This document shows, one piece after another, positions 15,676 through 20,297 of a stretch of DNA of 20,297 nt. This DNA comes from a virus. Numbering within the stretch: the first letter of the stretch is position 1; each line of letters begins with the position of its first letter. The notes under the pieces are model-generated. The model searched no databases and was not told the DNA's origin. It saw only the letters and a program-made list of their open reading frames with translations. Location: the UHGV virus genome UHGV-0082109; one strand, given 5' to 3'. Both the position numbers and the translations under genes were made by a program.

Positions 15676-16584
15676 ATGCCGATTATCGACCTGAACCAGC
15701 TACCCGCACCGGATGTGGTCGAGGAGCTGGACTTTGAAACCATTCTTGCCGAACGCAAGGCGACACTGATTTCCCTTTACCCGGAAGACCAGCAGGAGGC
15801 GGTCGCCCGTACCCTGACGCTGGAATCCGAGCCTCTCGTCAAACTGCTGGAGGAAAATGCTTATCGTGAGCTTATCTGGCGTCAGCGTGTGAATGAGGCC
15901 GCACGGGCGGTGATGCTGGCCTGTGCCGCCGGTAATGACCTTGATGTGATTGGTGCCAATTACAACACCACGCGCCTGATTATCACCCCGGCAGATGATT
16001 CGACCATCCCGCCGACACCGGCAGTGATGGAGTCTGACACCGATTATCGTCTGCGTATTCAGCAGGCGTTTGAGGGCTTAAGCGTCGCCGGGTCGGTGGG
16101 AGCCTATCAGTATCATGGTCGCAGTGCCGACGGGCGTGTCGCGGATATCTCTGTCACCAGTCCGTCTCCGGCCTGCGTCACCATCTCTGTGCTGTCACGT
16201 GAAAATAACGGTGTCGCATCCGAAGACCTGCTGGCGGTGGTGCGTAACGCCCTTAATGGCGAGGACGTCAGGCCGGTGGCCGACCGCGTGACCGTGCAGT
16301 CTGCCGCCATCGTTGAATACCAGATAAACGCCACGCTTTACCTTTACCCTGGTCCCGAAAGCGAACCCATCCGCGCTGCTGCCGTGAAAAAACTGGAAGC
16401 GTATATCACGGCACAGCACCGGCTGGGGCGCGACATCCGTCTGTCTGCCATTTATGCCGCTTTGCATGTGGAAGGCGTGCAGCGTGTCGAACTGGCTGCA
16501 CCGCTGGCCGACATCGTGCTCAACAGTACGCAGGCGTCTTTCTGTACCGAATACCGCGTCGTGACCGGAGGCTCGGATGAGTGA
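15676..16584 (+). CDS. J: Baseplate assembly protein, P2 gpJ-like
   Basis: 302 aa (MPIIDLNQLPAPDVVEELDFETILAERKATLISLYPEDQQ...), matching the P2 gpJ length. Confidence 0.93.
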   Translation: MPIIDLNQLPAPDVVEELDFETILAERKATLISLYPEDQQEAVARTLTLESEPLVKLLEENAYRELIWRQRVNEAARAVMLACAAGNDLDVIGANYNTTRLIITPADDSTIPPTPAVMESDTDYRLRIQQAFEGLSVAGSVGAYQYHGRSADGRVADISVTSPSPACVTISVLSRENNGVASEDLLAVVRNALNGEDVRPVADRVTVQSAAIVEYQINATLYLYPGPESEPIRAAAVKKLEAYITAQHRLGRDIRLSAIYAALHVEGVQRVELAAPLADIVLNSTQASFCTEYRVVTGGSDE

Positions 16585-17107
16585 TTCGCGCCTGCTGCCG
16601 ACCGGCTCATCACCGCTTGAAATTGCTGCCGCGAAAGCCTGTGCGGAAATTGAAAAAACGCCGGTCAGTATTCGTGAGCTGTGGAACCCGGACACCTGCC
16701 CGGCAAATCTGCTGCCGTGGCTGGCGTGGGCGTTTTCGGTCGACAGGTGGGATGAAAAGTGGCCGGAAGCGACAAAACGCGCCGTTATCCGCGATGCCTA
16801 TTTCATCCACTGTCATAAAGGCACTATAGGCGCAATCCGGCGTGTGGTGGAGCCGCTCGGCTATCTCATTAACGTGACGGAGTGGTGGGAAAACAGTGAC
16901 CCGCCCGGCACCTTCCGGCTTGATATTGGTGTACTGGAAAGCGGCATCACAGAGGCAATGTATCAGGAAATGGAACGGCTGATTGCTGATGCCAAACCTG
17001 CAAGCCGTCACCTTATTGGCCTGAACATTACCCGGGACATTCCCGGCTATCTGTTCGCCGGTGGTGTGGCTTACGACGGCGATGTAATTACGGTTTACCC
17101 CGGATAA
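16577..17107 (+). CDS. I: Baseplate protein, P2 gpI-like
   Basis: 176 aa (MSDSRLLPTGSSPLEIAAAKACAEIEKTPVSIRELWNPDTCPANLLPWLAWAF...), overlapping the J stop. Confidence 0.92.
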   Translation: MSDSRLLPTGSSPLEIAAAKACAEIEKTPVSIRELWNPDTCPANLLPWLAWAFSVDRWDEKWPEATKRAVIRDAYFIHCHKGTIGAIRRVVEPLGYLINVTEWWENSDPPGTFRLDIGVLESGITEAMYQEMERLIADAKPASRHLIGLNITRDIPGYLFAGGVAYDGDVITVYPG

Positions 17108-17117
17108 GTGAGGAATA

Positions 17118-19367
17118 ATGAGCACAAAATTCAGAACCGTTATCACCACTGCCGGTGCAGCAAAGCTGGCAGCGGCAACCGCACCGGGAGGGCGGAAGGT
17201 CAACATTACCACGATGGCCGTCGGGGATGGCGGTGGTAAATTGCCTGTCCCGGATGCCGGACAGACCGGGCTTATCCATGAAGTCTGGCGACATGCGCTG
17301 AACAAAATCAGCCAGGACAAACGAAACAGTAATTATATTATCGCAGAGCTGGTTATTCCGCCGGAGGTGGGCGGTTTCTGGATGCGTGAGCTTGGCCTGT
17401 ACGATGATGCGGGAACGCTAATTGCCGTGGCGAACATGGCCGAAAGTTATAAGCCTGCCCTTGCCGAAGGCTCAGGGCGTTCGCAGACCTGCCGCATGGT
17501 CATCATCGTCAGCAGTGTGGCCTCAGTGGAGCTGACCATTGACACCACAACGGTGATGGCGACGCAGGATTACGTTGATGACAAAATTGCAGAGCACGAA
17601 CAGTCACGACGTCACCCGGACGCCTCGCTGACCGCAAAAGGTTTTACTCAGTTAAGCAGTGCGACCAACAGCACGTCTGAAACACTGGCCGCAACGCCGA
17701 AAGCGGTAAAGGCCGCTTATGATCTTGCTAACGGGAAATATACCGCGCAGGATGCCACCACAGCGCGAAAAGGCCTTGTCCAGCTCAGTAGCGCCACCAA
17801 TAGCGATTCTGAAACGCTTGCGGCAACGCCAAAGGCGGTAAAGGCAGCATATGACCTCGCTAACGGGAAATATACCGCACAGGATGCCACCACCGCGCGA
17901 AAAGGTCTTGTCCAGCTAAGTAGCGCCACCAACAGCGATTCTGAAACGCTGGCCGCAACGCCAAAGGCGGTTAAGACAGCGTATGACCTTGCTAACGGGA
18001 AATACACTGCACAGGATGCCACCACCGCGCGGAAAGGCCTTGTCCAGCTCAGTAGCGCCACCAACAGTGATTCTGAAACGCAGGCCGCAACACCAAAAGC
18101 GGTGAAGTCTGCCTATGACAATGCTGAAAAACGTCTTCAGAAAGATCAGAACGGTGCGGATATTCCTGATAAAGGACGCTTCCTGAGTAACATTAATGTT
18201 TACAGCAAAGGTGAAGTGGATAAGAAAAAGGGAATGCGAAAGTATTCGTTTGCAGCCCCTGCAAATGTCGTTGCCGGGAAGTGGTATCCCGTTATCTTTC
18301 GCCGTGCTGCCAGCCTTTCAGGAGAAATGGCATCCCGCGTCGTTATTTCCACTGGTTGTTATAACAGCGATTATGTAATGAATAACTGCGAGTTTAATGG
18401 CATGGTTATGCCCGGAGGCTGGACTGATCGTGGTTCATATGCGGCAGGTTATTTCTGGACGTATCAGACTAATGAGCGTTCAATCCATTCCATTGTTACA
18501 AGCCTGAAAGATGATGATGTATGTAGTGTTTTTTATGTTGAAGCCAGAGCTTTCCCTGTGCAAATTCTTGCAGAGGAAGGGCTAACGGTTATTGTTCCGA
18601 CAGAGGATTATGTCGTCGGTCAAACGACATATAAGTGGGGGGCAACTAATCCTGCTACAGAAAGCACGAACGCACAGGCTATTCTGGATTTTAAAAATGG
18701 GCGCGGTTATTACTGCTCACATCCATTTATTTCCAGCCTTTCGGGAAATGCTGCAACAGCAACGAAGTTAGCGAACGCAAGAAATATTAATGGTGTCAGA
18801 TTTGATGGCTCTGCTGATATAAATATTAATACACTGGTATCCAGAAACCGTGTTACTGCATTAGGTGGGAGCGTAAAGGGGACACCAGGTATTCAGATGT
18901 ATGAGGCATACAACAATGGCTACCCAACAGCCTATGGTAATGTGCTTCATCTCACTGGCGTAACCGCAGTAGGAGAGGGTGAGTTACTTATTGGCTGGAG
19001 TGGAACCAGCGGTGCTCATGCTCCGGCATATATTCGCTCCCGACGAGATACCACAGATGCTAACTGGTCTGGATGGGCGCAACTATATACAACTGCTCAT
19101 AAACCCTCAGCGGGAGATGTTGGTGCATACACCAAAGCTGAATCAGATTCACGTTATGTGAGAGACATGCGGCTGGGCGGTGCATCTACATATAAACCAG
19201 CAAATAATGGTACTACATGGACGCATCAGGCTCCGCCAGGTTGCGTATATACCGGTATTATTGTTCAGGATACCGGCTCAAACTCTGCCGATAACATTGG
19301 TGGCGTATATTACAGACCGGTGCAGAAATACATTAACGGGACATGGTATAACGTGGCGCAGGTATAA
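17118..19367 (+). CDS. H: Tail fibre protein, P2 gpH-like, with an expanded internal repeat array and a divergent C-terminal receptor-binding region
   Basis: 749 aa, against 669 aa for P2 gpH from memory. The N-terminus (MSTKFRTVITTAGAAKLAAATAPGGRKVNITTMAVGDGGGKLP...) is conserved. GTGAGGA upstream. Confidence 0.93.
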   Translation: MSTKFRTVITTAGAAKLAAATAPGGRKVNITTMAVGDGGGKLPVPDAGQTGLIHEVWRHALNKISQDKRNSNYIIAELVIPPEVGGFWMRELGLYDDAGTLIAVANMAESYKPALAEGSGRSQTCRMVIIVSSVASVELTIDTTTVMATQDYVDDKIAEHEQSRRHPDASLTAKGFTQLSSATNSTSETLAATPKAVKAAYDLANGKYTAQDATTARKGLVQLSSATNSDSETLAATPKAVKAAYDLANGKYTAQDATTARKGLVQLSSATNSDSETLAATPKAVKTAYDLANGKYTAQDATTARKGLVQLSSATNSDSETQAATPKAVKSAYDNAEKRLQKDQNGADIPDKGRFLSNINVYSKGEVDKKKGMRKYSFAAPANVVAGKWYPVIFRRAASLSGEMASRVVISTGCYNSDYVMNNCEFNGMVMPGGWTDRGSYAAGYFWTYQTNERSIHSIVTSLKDDDVCSVFYVEARAFPVQILAEEGLTVIVPTEDYVVGQTTYKWGATNPATESTNAQAILDFKNGRGYYCSHPFISSLSGNAATATKLANARNINGVRFDGSADININTLVSRNRVTALGGSVKGTPGIQMYEAYNNGYPTAYGNVLHLTGVTAVGEGELLIGWSGTSGAHAPAYIRSRRDTTDANWSGWAQLYTTAHKPSAGDVGAYTKAESDSRYVRDMRLGGASTYKPANNGTTWTHQAPPGCVYTGIIVQDTGSNSADNIGGVYYRPVQKYINGTWYNVAQV
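17649..18125 (+). repeat. About 3.6 tandem copies of a 132-bp (44-aa) in-frame repeat inside H (QLSSATNS[T/D]SETLAATPKAVK[A/T]AYDLANGKYTAQDATTARKGLV)
   Basis: Read directly: the CAG codon of the QLSS motif recurs at 17649, 17781, 17913 and 18045, a period of 132 bp. Copies differ mainly at synonymous positions, and the fourth copy diverges after ~25 aa. Confidence 0.8.
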
Positions 19368-19370
19368 TTT

Positions 19371-19898
19371 ATGCAGCATTTGATAAATATAACGGCAGGT
19401 AATCCAAAAACGGTTGAACAATATCAATTGACAAAGGAGTTTGATGTTGTCTGGTTTTTTACAGAAGATGGTAAGAACTGGTACGAAGAACAAAAGTATT
19501 TTGCTGATGACACGATAAAAATAGCGTACGACAAAGATAATATCATCCGCTATGTGGAAAAGGATGTGACAGCTATCAGACCGGATGGATTAAGTGTGGT
19601 TGAAGTGGCGGATATTACTGCTAACCGACGGGCGGACATTTCAGGGAACTGGATGTTTAAGGACGGCAAAGTGATTAAACGCATTTATACGGCAGAGGAA
19701 TTGCAGCAGCAGGCAGAAAATCGGAAAGCCAGACTTCTTGCAGATGCTGAATCCGTGATTTTGCCGCTGGAGCGTGCTGTCAGGCTAAATATGGCTACAG
19801 AGGAGGAGCGCAGCCGACTGGAAGCATGGGAACTCTATAGCGTTCTGGTCAGTCGTGTGGATCCTGCAAATCCTGAATGGCCAGAAATGCCGCAATAA
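19371..19898 (+). CDS. G: Tail fibre assembly chaperone, P2 gpG-like
   Basis: 175 aa ([40 protein letters not shown]...), immediately downstream of H. Lower GC than the backbone, as is usual for tail-fibre/chaperone modules. Confidence 0.88.
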   Translation: MQHLINITAGNPKTVEQYQLTKEFDVVWFFTEDGKNWYEEQKYFADDTIKIAYDKDNIIRYVEKDVTAIRPDGLSVVEVADITANRRADISGNWMFKDGKVIKRIYTAEELQQQAENRKARLLADAESVILPLERAVRLNMATEEERSRLEAWELYSVLVSRVDPANPEWPEMPQ

Positions 19899-19932
19899 GT
19901 TGTATGAGCTCTGGTGGGAGCCTACATATCTA

Positions 19933-19974
19933 TGGCACAGAGTAAAGCCTAATCTGACAGTCCGCTCTGTGCCA
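19933..19974. other. 10-bp inverted repeat (tggcacagag ... ctctgtgcca) with a 22-nt loop, downstream of G; possible terminator or module-boundary structure
   Basis: Read directly: arms at 19933-19942 and 19965-19974 are exact reverse complements. The long loop makes it an atypical intrinsic terminator. Confidence 0.3.
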
Positions 19975-20116
19975 AAAGCAGACATTGGATAAGTCTTTGT
20001 TACTTATAAGGCTACAATCCAGCTGATATGATAGACTGTTTAATAGCTAGTGTGTTAACAAGTCAAAAAATGTAGAATTTAGTTCCTAGCCACTTCTGAA
20101 TACATATGGATGCTGT

Positions 20117-20297
20117 ATGAGTAACCCATTCACTCTTGAAATACTTCAGGCTATCAACGATTGGCAGCGCAGTACGACTAAAAATCGTGGTAAAAAATTA
20201 GAGACTCTATGTGTAAATCTTCCCGCTCAATACAAAACTGTTGATTTTGCCTGCTACAGAAAAATAAATTTGCAGAAGGATGGTGTATTTAGCATGT
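20117..20297 (+). CDS. 5' part of an AT-rich hypothetical gene at the Z/fun-equivalent slot, truncated by the window end
   Basis: The ATG at 20117 opens a frame (MSNPFTLEILQAINDWQRSTTKNRGKKLETLCVNLPAQYKTVDFACYRKINLQKDGVFSM...) that runs 60 codons to the window edge with no stop. It is absent from the ORF track, presumably because it is incomplete. The SD is weak and no motif was recognised. Confidence 0.4.
   Translation, partial: MSNPFTLEILQAINDWQRSTTKNRGKKLETLCVNLPAQYKTVDFACYRKINLQKDGVFSM

Noticed and set aside
16113-17320. Minus-strand ORFs 16113-16334, 16195-16695, 16610-17320 and 17088-17294 opposite J/I/H
   Set aside because: Antisense to conserved baseplate and fibre genes, with no independent support.
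17717-18064. 115-aa minus-strand ORF with an internal triplicated sequence
   Set aside because: It is the reverse-frame image of the tandem repeats in H; the repetition creates a long stop-free antisense frame. Not an independent gene.
1-20297. CRISPR array, tRNA/attachment site, IS element or integrase
   Set aside because: No regularly spaced short direct repeats, no cloverleaf-like tRNA sequence, and no transposase or integrase-like translation were found. The integration module of P2-like phages lies outside this window.

Overview
This window is a segment of a P2-like (Peduovirus-type) prophage from an enterobacterial host, recognised from the translated late proteins; all identifications are from memory of the P2 family, as no database search was possible. 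It spans the packaged-genome junction: right-end cargo (1-2146), a putative cos site (2147-2165), left-end cargo (2166-4259), then the conserved GC-rich late region Q-P / O-N-M-L-X-Y-K-lysA-lysB-lysC-R-S / V-W-J-I-H-G, ending at the start of the Z/fun cargo slot. Four visibly AT-rich islands interrupt the backbone at positions where P2-like phages carry accessory genes. (A) 60-2004: a 2-TM protein derived from a peptide-permease N-terminus, coupled to an ABC-type ATPase with a Toprim-like C-terminus (OLD-like). (B) 2372-4164: an unrecognised 366-aa protein translationally coupled to a 2-TM protein, between cos and Q. (C) 13538-14611, minus strand: a membrane protein between S and V. (D) 20117-end: a truncated ORF after G. 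Cassette B is the strongest candidate for an undescribed anti-phage system, with A and C as further candidates. No rRNA, tRNA, CRISPR array or IS element was seen.
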